Assembly (NCBI GenBank): GCA_965217185.1
Contig: OZ244252.1
Span: forward strand, 3,232,001-3,296,000
Length of the DNA stretch: 64,000 nucleotides
Source of the DNA: an uncultured Candidatus Entotheonella sp.
GTDB taxonomy: Bacteria; Tectomicrobia; Entotheonellia; Entotheonellales; Entotheonellaceae
Direction: 5' to 3'
This document shows, piece after piece, positions 9,584 to 18,462 of this stretch. The notes under the pieces were generated by a model, which made no database searches, was not told where the DNA came from, and saw nothing but the letters and a program-made list of their open reading frames with translations. A program made the position numbers and the translations under genes. Numbering within the stretch: the first letter of the stretch is position 1; each line of letters starts with the position of its first letter.

Positions 9584-10462
9584 TTAACTCTCCCCTCTCG
9601 CTCTGGACAACGCCCCTTGCAGCGTTCGCCGCGTCAGCACGCCAGTCAGGTGAATCCGTTGCTGTACCGTTCCGCGCATGTCGTTGATCGGGCGCGCGAT
9701 GCTTGCCGCGGCGCTCGCTGCGGCAGCGATGGTGTCGTCGGAAATGGGCTTGCCTACCAGGGCCGCCGCGGCTTCCACCGCCACCAGGGGCGTCGGCGCC
9801 ACAGCGGCCAAGGCGATTCGTGCATCCGTCACCGTGGACTTGTCGTCGCCCAGCACCAGGGACGAACCGACGCCGACCACCGCGATGTCCATCTCGTTGC
9901 GGGGGATGAAGCGCAGGTAATGAGCGCCGAAGTTGTTGGGCGGCGCCGGAACGCGCAGCGACAGCAGGAACTCGCCGTTTTCCAGAACGTTGCGCCCGGG
10001 TGCCGTGCAGAACTGCTCGACGGGAACCACGCGCTGCCCGTTCGGACCGGCAATCGCGCACATCGTGCGATGTGCGATCAACGTCGGAATGGAGTCGGCG
10101 GCAGGCGACGAGTTGCACAGGTTGCCGCCCACGGAAGCCCGACCTTGGATCTGGATGCCGCCGATCAGGGTGAAGGCATCCATCAGCCCAGGATAAGTCT
10201 TTGAGATGACGGGATCATTGTAAATCCGGTGGCAGGCTACGGCGGCCCCGAGGTGTAGGCCGTTTTGGGCATCGTAGGACAAGACGTTCGCTTCAGGAAT
10301 CTTCTTGACGTCGACGACCGTTTCGAGTTGCCGCCGTCCTTCACGAAGCTGCACGATGAGGTCGGTGCCCCCGGCCAACACGCGCGCTTGGTCGCCTTTG
10401 CTGGCCAGCAGGGAGACAGCTTCGTCTACCGTCTGCGCTGCGACATAGTCAAATGTTTGCAA
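9584..10462 (-). CDS. FAD-binding medium subunit (CoxM-like)
   Basis: LAGGTDL, ASVGGNLCNSSPAAD. TTG start at 10462 follows a GGAGA RBS. Confidence 0.92.
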   Translation of the reverse strand: MQTFDYVAAQTVDEAVSLLASKGDQARVLAGGTDLIVQLREGRRQLETVVDVKKIPEANVLSYDAQNGLHLGAAVACHRIYNDPVISKTYPGLMDAFTLIGGIQIQGRASVGGNLCNSSPAADSIPTLIAHRTMCAIAGPNGQRVVPVEQFCTAPGRNVLENGEFLLSLRVPAPPNNFGAHYLRFIPRNEMDIAVVGVGSSLVLGDDKSTVTDARIALAAVAPTPLVAVEAAAALVGKPISDDTIAAAASAAASIARPINDMRGTVQQRIHLTGVLTRRTLQGALSRARGES

Positions 10463-10713
10463 GTGCTTATCTCCTTCAATAGTAAGCTTTGCACGGAAAT
10501 CCCCCCGCAACTCGCCTCATCCGTCTCACTACGGGTTCTGTAGGAAGTGAATGGTTCGTCGTGCAATATGACGTGGGAGAGCGTAGGACTTGCAGTCTCC
10601 TTAACGAGAATAGACGCCAGATTATCACAGGGCCGTTTGTACCGTCAATGCTGGAAAGAGGGGGCGAATCGGTGTGCTACAATAGGGCCTTAATGGACAT
10701 TTTCAGGCGAATT

Positions 10714-10852
10714 CCCCCTCACCCCAACCCTCTCCCACACCAAGGGAGAGGGGGCAAAACCCGCTTCTGTGAGGGAGTAAAGCCCTTACGTGGGGAGCGT
10801 CAACTCTCCCTCACCCTCCCCCCTCCGCGGGGGAGGGTGAGGGAGAGGGGGG
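10714..10852. repeat. Family A repeats (two arms) upstream of the TRAP operon
   Basis: 10714-10754 CCCCTCACCCCAACCCTCTCCC..GGGAGAGGGGG; ~10805-10852 near-palindromic arm. Confidence 0.85.
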
Positions 10853-10892
10853 TGCGACCCGGCCATTACCAACCAGAAGGATACGCGAGGTC

Positions 10893-12023
10893 ATGAAACC
10901 AGACACCAACGGCGGCGCGCCCAAGGCCAGCAATCGGCGCACGTTTCTGCGCACCGTTGCCGCCGCGGGCGGCGCCGCGGTGCTCGCGGCGCCCCACGTT
11001 CGCAACGCCGAGGCGGCCCGCAGCCAAGTATGGAAGGTACAATCAACCTGGGACGCCGGCACCACCGGCTACCGGCTGTTCGAGGAATGGGCCAAGAGCT
11101 TTCAGGAGAAGTCGGACGGCGAGCTGGAAATGCGGCCGTTTCCGGCCAAGGCAGTGGCGGCCGACAACAACGCCCTGTTCGACGCCGTGCGCACCGGCGT
11201 GCTGCAGGGCATGAACCCCTTCACGTTGTACTGGTCGGGCAAAATTCCCGCCTCCGTGTTCCTGTCGTCATATCCCGCCGGTCCCGATCAGGCGTCGCAG
11301 TGGGACACCATGTTCTATGGCCTCGGCCTGCTGGAGATGACGCGCGAGATCTACGCAAAGTTCGGCTTGTTCTACGTCGGCCCGATTCAGCACGACGCCA
11401 ATATCATTCACTCCAAGCAGCCGGTGGATAGCCTGGAACAGTTGCAGGGCATGAAGATCCGTCTGCCCGGCGGCATGGTGGCGGAAGTGTTCGAGAAGTT
11501 CGGCGTCAGCACCACCAGCATGCCCGGCTCGGATATCTACCCGGCACTGGAGAAGGGCACCATCGACGCCGCCGATTACGTCGGTCCCGCCATCAACTGG
11601 GACCTCGGCTTTGCTGAAGTCACCAACTACATCATCTGCATGGGCCCGCCGGGGCAAACTTCCCTGTATCAACCCGTCGACCTGATGGACCTCACCGTCA
11701 ACATGGGTGCCTGGAAGCGCCTGCCGGAGAAGCTGCAACGCTTCGTCGAGGAGCAGGTGCAGACCTATTCGGTGCACCATTTCGTTACCATCCAGGAGGC
11801 CGACCTGAAGGCCATGACGCAATTCCTGGAAGCGGGGACAACGGTGTCGCGGCTTCCCGCCGATGACGTGAAGCGCTTCCGCCAGGCTGCCATTCCGGTG
11901 TGGTACAAGTGGGCGACCCTGAACGACGACGCCAAGCGGGTCTTCAAGCTGCAGCTCGACTACATGCTGAACCCGTACATGGGTTACGTGTCGCCGGACG
12001 ACGTCGCGGGCCTCAGCCTGTAG
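10893..12023 (+). CDS. dctP: TRAP transporter substrate-binding protein (DctP/TakP-like, organic-acid type), Tat signal
   Basis: NRRTFL Tat motif; WKVQSTW; GMKIRLPGG; DIYPALEKGTIDAADY. Confidence 0.9.
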   Translation: MKPDTNGGAPKASNRRTFLRTVAAAGGAAVLAAPHVRNAEAARSQVWKVQSTWDAGTTGYRLFEEWAKSFQEKSDGELEMRPFPAKAVAADNNALFDAVRTGVLQGMNPFTLYWSGKIPASVFLSSYPAGPDQASQWDTMFYGLGLLEMTREIYAKFGLFYVGPIQHDANIIHSKQPVDSLEQLQGMKIRLPGGMVAEVFEKFGVSTTSMPGSDIYPALEKGTIDAADYVGPAINWDLGFAEVTNYIICMGPPGQTSLYQPVDLMDLTVNMGAWKRLPEKLQRFVEEQVQTYSVHHFVTIQEADLKAMTQFLEAGTTVSRLPADDVKRFRQAAIPVWYKWATLNDDAKRVFKLQLDYMLNPYMGYVSPDDVAGLSL

Positions 12024-12060
12024 AAAAGTGTCGGATCAAAACGGCTCGTAGTCCGGGAGT

Positions 12061-12188
12061 TCCCCCTCACCCCAACCCTCTCCCACCAGGGGAGAGGGAG
12101 CAAAGTCCCTGGGCGCCCGGACCCTGCTGGGTCGGCGGATACGGTCCCCTCCCCCCCGACGTGGGGGAGGGCTAGGGAAGGGAGGGGG
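12061..12188. repeat. Family A repeat, two inverted arms, inside the TRAP operon
   Basis: 12061-12100 and inverted ~12145-12188. Confidence 0.85.
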
Positions 12189-12248
12189 CATAAGGCCGGT
12201 ATCTCCTGGGTGCAATCCAGAAACGGAAATGTTCAAGCAGGAGCCATC

Positions 12249-12899
12249 ATGTCGGAGTCGGCAAATTTCGTCATGCCGCACTGGCTTTACTGGGTCTGGC
12301 TGATCGTCATGCCGCCGCTGTTCATGCTGGTGACACGGCGCCGCGGCGGTGAGGCGGAGACTCCTCAGGAAGAAGATTGTCTCGCGCCGGGCAACCGCCT
12401 GACCCGCGTGCTGGATTGGCTGAGCGAGCAATCCGGCGTGTTCGTGGCCTTGTGGACGGTGAACGCGGTGTGCGCCTACTTCTTCGAGGTGGTGTCGCGG
12501 TACATCTTCAACGCCCCCACCATCTGGGTGCACCAGGCGTCGTACCTGATGTTCGGCATGCAGTACTTGCTGGCCGGTGGCTTTGCCCTCCTGCACGGCG
12601 ACCACGTGCGGGTGGACGTGCTCTACGTCAAGCTGCCCAAGCGCGGCCGAGCGGGTGCGGACGTGTTCACCTCCGTTTTCTTTTTCATCTGCGCGCTGGC
12701 CCTGCTGGGCAGTTCCTGGCGCTTCTTCGTGGACGCCGTCGGCATGTTCGAGGTAACCGAGGAGACGTGGCGCGTGCAGTTGTATCCCGTCAAGGGTGCG
12801 ATGGTCCTGGGCGCCGTGCTGCTCGTCCTGGCCGGCCTGTCGAAGCTGCTCAAGGACCTGCAGTTGTTCCGCCGTGTGGAAGAGGCCGGGCGCCCATGA
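12249..12899 (+). CDS. dctQ: TRAP transporter small permease
   Basis: EVVSRYIFNAPTIW, HVRVD; four TM segments plus an N-terminal extra helix; GGAG RBS before ATG 12249. Confidence 0.88.
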   Translation: MSESANFVMPHWLYWVWLIVMPPLFMLVTRRRGGEAETPQEEDCLAPGNRLTRVLDWLSEQSGVFVALWTVNAVCAYFFEVVSRYIFNAPTIWVHQASYLMFGMQYLLAGGFALLHGDHVRVDVLYVKLPKRGRAGADVFTSVFFFICALALLGSSWRFFVDAVGMFEVTEETWRVQLYPVKGAMVLGAVLLVLAGLSKLLKDLQLFRRVEEAGRP

Positions 12900-14437
12900 A
12901 TACGCCAACCGCCACAGCTACCCGCGGGCGCGGCGCGTGGGGCCGTCTATGGTCCGGCCTCACGGTGATTGCGGCCATCGCGCTGGCGTTCATCACCTGC
13001 GTCGAGCTTGTCAATTCACTGTTTTACGACCCGTACGGCGACGAACGCTTCCTGTTCACCTTCGCCGAGGTGCTGGCCAACGTCAGCATCAGCCATCTGA
13101 CGTTCTTCATGTTCGGCTCCCTGGCCCTGCTGCTGATGATGGGCCTGCCGATGGCGTTCGTGGTCGGCGGACTGGGGGTCGTCTTCATTTATCTGGTCGG
13201 CGGCCCGACCATGATCAACATCATCCCCGTACGCATCTATCCCCTGATGGCCAACCCCGACTTGGCGGCCATCCCGCTCTTCATCTTCATGGCCTCGATG
13301 CTCGAACGCGCCGGGCTGATCGAGGAGATGTTCGACGTCGTCTACAAGTGGATGGGTGGCCTGCGGGGCGGCCTGGCGGCGGCCACCATCATCGCGTCCA
13401 CCATTCTGGCGGCCATGGTGGGGGTGATCGGCGCCGCGGTGGTAACCATGGGCATCATCGCCCTGCCGGCCATGCTGCGGCGCAATTACGACCACAAGAT
13501 CGCCCTCGGCTCGATCATGGCCGGCGGCACCCTCGGCATCCTCATCCCGCCGTCCATCCTGGCCATTCTCTACGCCGTGGTGGCGCAGCAATCGGTGGGC
13601 CGGCTCTATCTGGGCTCGGTGGTGCCTGGCCTGATGTTGTCCAGCATGTATATCGGCTATATCATCCTGCGCTCGTGGATCAACCCGAGCCTCGGCCCGG
13701 CGCTGCCCAAGGAAGAGCGGGTCAACCTGCGCGAGAAGCTGCGCCTGCTGCTGAATCTGATCGCGCCGATCTTTCTGGTCTTCCTCGTCCTGGGCCTGCT
13801 CTTCGGCGGCATCGCCACACCGGTCGAGGCGGCGGGCATCGGCTCGTTCGGCGCCATGATCGTCGCCGCCATGCACAAGCGCTTCAGCCTGCAGGCGCTG
13901 CGCGAGGCGTCCATCACCACGGCGCGGGCCTCGGCCATGGTGCTGTGGATCATGTTCGGCGCTTCCATCTTCGTCGGCTTCTTCATCCTGCAGGGTGGCC
14001 GGGAATTCATCACCGACGGCATCCTCGGCACCGGGCTGAGTCCCTACGGCATCCTGCTCCTCATGATGGTCATGCTGGTGTTCCTCGGCATGTTCCTGGA
14101 CTGGGTAGGCATTCTGCTCCTCACGGTGCCCATCTTCGTGCCGATCGTCGAATCCATGGCCTTCGACGGAATTCTGGGCGGCCCGGGAGTGGACGGCAGG
14201 GACGAGATCCTGTGGTTCGGGGTGCTGTATCTGGTGAACATGCAGATGTCCTTCCTCAGCCCGCCGTTCGGCTACGCCCTGTTCTACCTGCGCGGCGTCA
14301 GCCCGCCCGAAATCACCATGGCGACCATTTTCAAGGCGTCGCTGATCTTCCTGACCCTGCAAGCCGTGGCTCTGTACCTGTGCGTGCAATTTCCGTGGAT
14401 CGTCACTTGGTTGCCGCACGCGATTTACGGGAATTGA
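12896..14437 (+). CDS. dctM: TRAP transporter large permease
   Basis: AIPLFIFMA, GGTLGILIPPS, SPPFG; ATG overlaps the dctQ stop (ATGA). Confidence 0.92.
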   Translation: MNTPTATATRGRGAWGRLWSGLTVIAAIALAFITCVELVNSLFYDPYGDERFLFTFAEVLANVSISHLTFFMFGSLALLLMMGLPMAFVVGGLGVVFIYLVGGPTMINIIPVRIYPLMANPDLAAIPLFIFMASMLERAGLIEEMFDVVYKWMGGLRGGLAAATIIASTILAAMVGVIGAAVVTMGIIALPAMLRRNYDHKIALGSIMAGGTLGILIPPSILAILYAVVAQQSVGRLYLGSVVPGLMLSSMYIGYIILRSWINPSLGPALPKEERVNLREKLRLLLNLIAPIFLVFLVLGLLFGGIATPVEAAGIGSFGAMIVAAMHKRFSLQALREASITTARASAMVLWIMFGASIFVGFFILQGGREFITDGILGTGLSPYGILLLMMVMLVFLGMFLDWVGILLLTVPIFVPIVESMAFDGILGGPGVDGRDEILWFGVLYLVNMQMSFLSPPFGYALFYLRGVSPPEITMATIFKASLIFLTLQAVALYLCVQFPWIVTWLPHAIYGN

Positions 14438-14443
14438 TCCCAC

Positions 14444-15055
14444 ATGCTGCGGCGTCTCGAGCAGCACGTCGGCGTCCTGCGGACCTGCCGCCGGTGCCCC
14501 GCCATGCAGTCCGCTCCCGTCACCGGTGCGGCGGTGGTCAGCCGGGTGATGCTGGTCGGCCAAGCGCCCGGCGACAAAGAGCCGGCGCTGCAACGGCCGT
14601 TCGCATGGACGGCCGGCAAAGCGATGTTCAAATGGTTCCAGGAGGCCTGCGGCATTGACGAAGCCGCGTTCCGCTCGCGCGTCTACATGACCGCCGTATG
14701 CCGGTGCTTTCCCGGCAAAAAGCCGCGCGGCGGCGACCGCGTTCCCAACCCCGGGGAAATCGCCAACTGCTCACGCTGGCTGCAAGCCGAAATGACCCTC
14801 CTCAAACCCGCGCTGGTGATTCCCGTCGGCAAGCTCGCCATCGCCCAGTTCATGACCTATAGCAATATGGAAACCCATGTCGGCCGGCAGACCCGCTGCA
14901 CCTACGCGGATCACACCTTCGACGCCATCCCGCTGCCACACCCCTCCGGCGCCTCGCCCTGGCCGCGTGTCGAACCCGGCAAGACACTGCTGCGCACGGC
15001 GATGCAATTGATCGCCGCGCACCCGGCGTGGCGCCATCAGACGGCGACCGGTTGA
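14444..15055 (+). CDS. Uracil-DNA glycosylase superfamily protein (Fe-S, family-4-like)
   Basis: CxxC, GQAPG, CRCFP, LPHPSG. Confidence 0.85.
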   Translation: MLRRLEQHVGVLRTCRRCPAMQSAPVTGAAVVSRVMLVGQAPGDKEPALQRPFAWTAGKAMFKWFQEACGIDEAAFRSRVYMTAVCRCFPGKKPRGGDRVPNPGEIANCSRWLQAEMTLLKPALVIPVGKLAIAQFMTYSNMETHVGRQTRCTYADHTFDAIPLPHPSGASPWPRVEPGKTLLRTAMQLIAAHPAWRHQTATG

Positions 15056-15100
15056 GGAACGACCTGCCCGGAAGCTATCATGGCTGTCGGGGGAATTACT

Positions 15101-15140
15101 GCTCCCTCTCCCTTGGAGGGAGAGGGTCGGGGTGAGGGGG
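15101..15140 (-). repeat. Family A repeat, single arm
   Basis: GCTCCCTCTCCCTTGGAGGGAGAGGGTCGGGGTGAGGGGG. Confidence 0.85.
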
Positions 15141-15167
15141 AAAGCCAAGTGAAAGAAGGAGAAGTTT

Positions 15168-16082
15168 ATGGTGGACCGTATTGCTTCCCTGCTGCCGAGC
15201 AGCACGGAAATCGTCTGTGCGCTGGGTTTGCGGGAGCGCTTGGTGGGCGTCTCGCACGAATGCGATTACCCCACTGACGTGGTGGGCCTGCCGGTGTTGA
15301 CCGAGCCGAAGCTGGACCCTCGCGGCACCAGCGGCGATATCGATGCGCGGGTGCAGGAGATCGTGCAGGAGGGGCTGAGCGTCTATCGTCTGAATACCGA
15401 CGCGTTGCAAGATCTGAAGCCGGAGGTCATCGTCACACAGGACCAGTGCGAGGTGTGCGCTGTTTCCCTGCCCGACGTCGAAGACGCGGTGCAGTCCTTT
15501 TTGACACCGGACGTCAAGGTCGTGTCGCTCAACCCGGAGAAGCTCAGTGACATCTGGCGGGATATCCGCAACGTCGCCGCCGCCACCGGCCGGCAGGAAA
15601 TCGCCGACAGCCTGATCCGAGGTCTGGAAGAACGCCTCGGGAACCTAAAGGATAAGACGCGGCACCTGCCGCGCCCGCGCGTTGCCTGCCTGGAATGGCT
15701 CGATCCTCTGATGGCCGCAGGCAACTGGATTCCCGAACTGGTAGACCTGGCGGGCGGCGAGTACGGCCTCGTCGAGGCTGGGGCGCATACGCCGCCCATT
15801 ACCTGGGATACCCTGGCCGCCTACCAACCGGAGGTGATCGTGATCACGCCGTGCGGGTTCAAAATCCCGCAGTCGCAGGCGGACCTGCCGCTGCTAACGT
15901 CACATCCCCAGTGGCAGACGTTGCCGGCGGTGCAAGCGAACCGGGTGTACGTGGCGGACGGTAATGCCTATTACAACCGCCCCGGCCCGCGCATCGTGGA
16001 GAGCGCGGAAATCCTCGCCGAGATGCTGCATCCCGAGGCCTGCGCCGGCATGGCGGTGCCGGGGTCGTACGTGCGGGTCTGA
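15168..16082 (+). CDS. Periplasmic-binding-protein type III (BtuF/cobalamin-binding-like), no signal peptide
   Basis: RIASLLPSSTEIVCALG..VGVSHECDYP; YNRPGPRIV. Confidence 0.82.
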   Translation: MVDRIASLLPSSTEIVCALGLRERLVGVSHECDYPTDVVGLPVLTEPKLDPRGTSGDIDARVQEIVQEGLSVYRLNTDALQDLKPEVIVTQDQCEVCAVSLPDVEDAVQSFLTPDVKVVSLNPEKLSDIWRDIRNVAAATGRQEIADSLIRGLEERLGNLKDKTRHLPRPRVACLEWLDPLMAAGNWIPELVDLAGGEYGLVEAGAHTPPITWDTLAAYQPEVIVITPCGFKIPQSQADLPLLTSHPQWQTLPAVQANRVYVADGNAYYNRPGPRIVESAEILAEMLHPEACAGMAVPGSYVRV

Positions 16083-16167
16083 GCAGATGTTGACAGCCGG
16101 CAGGGCCTCTCATAGACCAGCATCTACCCGCTATCGCGCCACAACTCGACGTGGCTGAACACGCCTC

Positions 16168-17310
16168 TTATGGATCATCTGGATCAATTTGTTTATGGAA
16201 CTTCTTTTCACCGTTCTCGATGGTGAGAATAACGGCGTTTTTGGCTGGATGGCGGTTGTCGTCATACCCCGCGATTCGGGTGGCGCCGGTGTAGTCGGTG
16301 GCTTTCAATTGCTCCCGAATCGCCTCGGGGTCAAGACTATCCGCCCGCTCGATGGCTTCGAAAAGTAACTTGACCGCGTCGTAGTTCACGGCGTCTCCCC
16401 CGCTTGGCACAGCCCCGTACGCGGCTTGGTAATCCTCGATGAACGCCTGCGCGGTCGGTTCATCGGTGTCGGGCGAAAAGTGGGTCGTGAAAAAGCTTCC
16501 CTCCAGTTCGGCTTCTTCGTTGGCTAACAGGATCTCGCTATCCCATGTGTCCGTTCCGAGAAACAGTGTCGGCTCTCCAGCAGCATTCAGCAATGGAATT
16601 GCCCTTGCTTGCTGAGTGATCGCACCAATCTCCTGGATAAAGCTGGATATGAAAAACGCGTCAGGTTGCATATCTGCAATGCGGGTCAGTTGTTCGGTGA
16701 AATCCGTGGTCCCGTCGTCGTAGAACGCATCCGCAACCACGTCCCCACCCAACTCGCGGAAGTTCGCCGCAAAGAATTCCGATATTCCCTCCGTGTAGAC
16801 GTCGTCGCTCAGCGTCAGCAGGGCAACGGTGCGCACACCAAGGTCCGCACTCGCAAACTGCGCCATGACGCGGCCTTGAAAGGTGTCCGTGACGGACGCC
16901 ATGAAGACGAAATCGCCGGCGTTCGTGACGCGGGGATTGCTTGCGGAAGTGGTTACCATCGGCACGCCATACCGTTACGCAAGTGGACCGACCTCAACGG
17001 CGTGCGTAGACCGGTTGGGCCCGATGAGAGCGATGACGCGGTCTTCAAGAATCATGTCCTCGGCGGTCTGAACCGACAGCGGAAGCAATGCCTCCGTGTT
17101 AACGAGGCTCACCAATTCCACGGGCGCGCCGAACAGTCCCCCGCGCTCGTTGATTTCATCCACGGCCAACTGGGCGGAGCGCAGATAGGTCGGGCGCTCA
17201 CCTACGACAATAAAACCGACTTTGACCGGTTGTGCCTGTTCCGAGTCACAACCCATGAGGGTCACGATCAAGGCAAGCACACCCACCATTGCCAGACACG
17301 GACGTTTCAT
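16168..17310 (-). pseudogene. Branched-chain amino acid type ABC substrate-binding lipoprotein with an in-frame stop
   Basis: ORFs 16975-17310 and 16168-16965 share a frame: ..GPLA-TAA-RYGVPMVTT..; lipobox LMGC; LAVDEINERGG. Confidence 0.85.
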
Positions 17311-17369
17311 GATCTTCTGACCCCTTCACATTTTTGTCTGATTCGATCTCTCCTCTGACAATGCAGACA

Positions 17370-18119
17370 TTACGACAGTAGAAATTCTACCAACAACTCG
17401 TTGAATGCCTCTGCATAATAGAGATGAATGTCGTGTCTCCCGTCCGGAAACACGTGCAGACGCGATCCTGCGATCCCCTGCTGCAAGAATTGCGCATGAA
17501 ACAGCGGCACCAGGGGGTCCTTACCGCCATGTAGCAGAAAGGTGGGGCACGCGATTTCCGCCAGACGCTCCCGGCACAAATCCCCGCCTGCTTTCAGAAA
17601 CCTCTGCTGCGCGTCACACCAGCGCGTCCATAGCGCCTGGAAATCATCGCCATACATCGCCCGCATCGGCGCTGCCGCGCGGGGGGCCCAATCTGCCACG
17701 CAGCGCGTCGTCTCATAGGCGTCGATGTCCTCCTGAGTGGCATACGCATTGCCGCCCCAGATGGCCATCCGGGTCACCCGCTGCGGGTAGGCCAGCGTCA
17801 GCAGCAGGCTCGCATTCGCGCCGTCGCTCCATCCACCGACGGCGTAGGTCGAGCAACCCAGCGTCTCCATCAGCGCCGCGAAATCGTGCGCGTCCTGTTG
17901 ATAAAAATCCGGCGGAAACTCGCGCTCGGGCGGACGAGATTTGCCATAGCCGCGCGGGTCGGGCGCCACAACACGTAATCCGCGCCGCGGGAGCGCTTCC
18001 AATTGCGGCGCGAAATCGGACTGCCCGCTTCCGAGCGCACCGGGCAGCAGGAGCAAGGGCAGCCCCTCCCCGAGGTCTTCATAGTAGAGTCTGACGCCGC
18101 GGATGTCTGCGTAAGGCAT
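17370..18119 (-). CDS. Alpha/beta hydrolase (valacyclovir hydrolase/BPHL-like)
   Basis: LPGALG, DPRGYGKS, nucleophile GWSDG, HGGKDP, catalytic His in GRHDIH. Confidence 0.88.
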   Translation of the reverse strand: MPYADIRGVRLYYEDLGEGLPLLLLPGALGSGQSDFAPQLEALPRRGLRVVAPDPRGYGKSRPPEREFPPDFYQQDAHDFAALMETLGCSTYAVGGWSDGANASLLLTLAYPQRVTRMAIWGGNAYATQEDIDAYETTRCVADWAPRAAAPMRAMYGDDFQALWTRWCDAQQRFLKAGGDLCRERLAEIACPTFLLHGGKDPLVPLFHAQFLQQGIAGSRLHVFPDGRHDIHLYYAEAFNELLVEFLLS

Positions 18120-18335
18120 ACGTCCTCCGCACGGCGGCTTCACCCGCCGTGGTCAAGGTGGGATAACAGGATCAGGCAAATTCGAGGCTCTGCGCCTGCC
18201 CGACTAGCGCTGACATGGCCAATGCGGTTCTATTCTACGCAAGGCGGGGCATGCAGGAAATCATCGGATTCTTATCGGTGGGGCCGGACTGAGACCAGAG
18301 GACGGAGAACGAGGCGAGGTGACGACAAAATGGAA

Positions 18336-18366
18336 TGTCGGATTACGCTTCGCTAATCCGACCTAC
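18336..18366 (-). repeat. GTAG-type REP-like palindrome (family B)
   Basis: Exact reverse complement of the 20836-20866 copy. Confidence 0.88.
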
Positions 18367-18462
18367 GTATTTGCGGCAGCCACCCAAAGCGGGCGGATTT
18401 TAATGCCGCCCCCTGCTTGCGGAGCAGGGCGCCGGGCACGCCCTGCCCCAATCCGCACCGAT

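Noticed and set aside
6819..10462. Aerobic CO dehydrogenase (coxMSL)
   Set aside because: The active-site loop reads AYRAPG, not the form I AYxCSFR or form II AYxGAGR motif, so it is called only a xanthine-dehydrogenase-family enzyme of unknown substrate.
12796..14658. Long alternative-frame and antisense ORFs (also 13016-14593, 22458-23606, 35838-37118, 58632-59759)
   Set aside because: They are shadows of high-GC3 genes with Arg/Pro/Ala-rich composition and no recognisable motifs.
15056..15167. Cobalamin riboswitch upstream of the BtuF-like gene
   Set aside because: The short intergenic region is occupied by a family A repeat, and no B12-box motif is evident.
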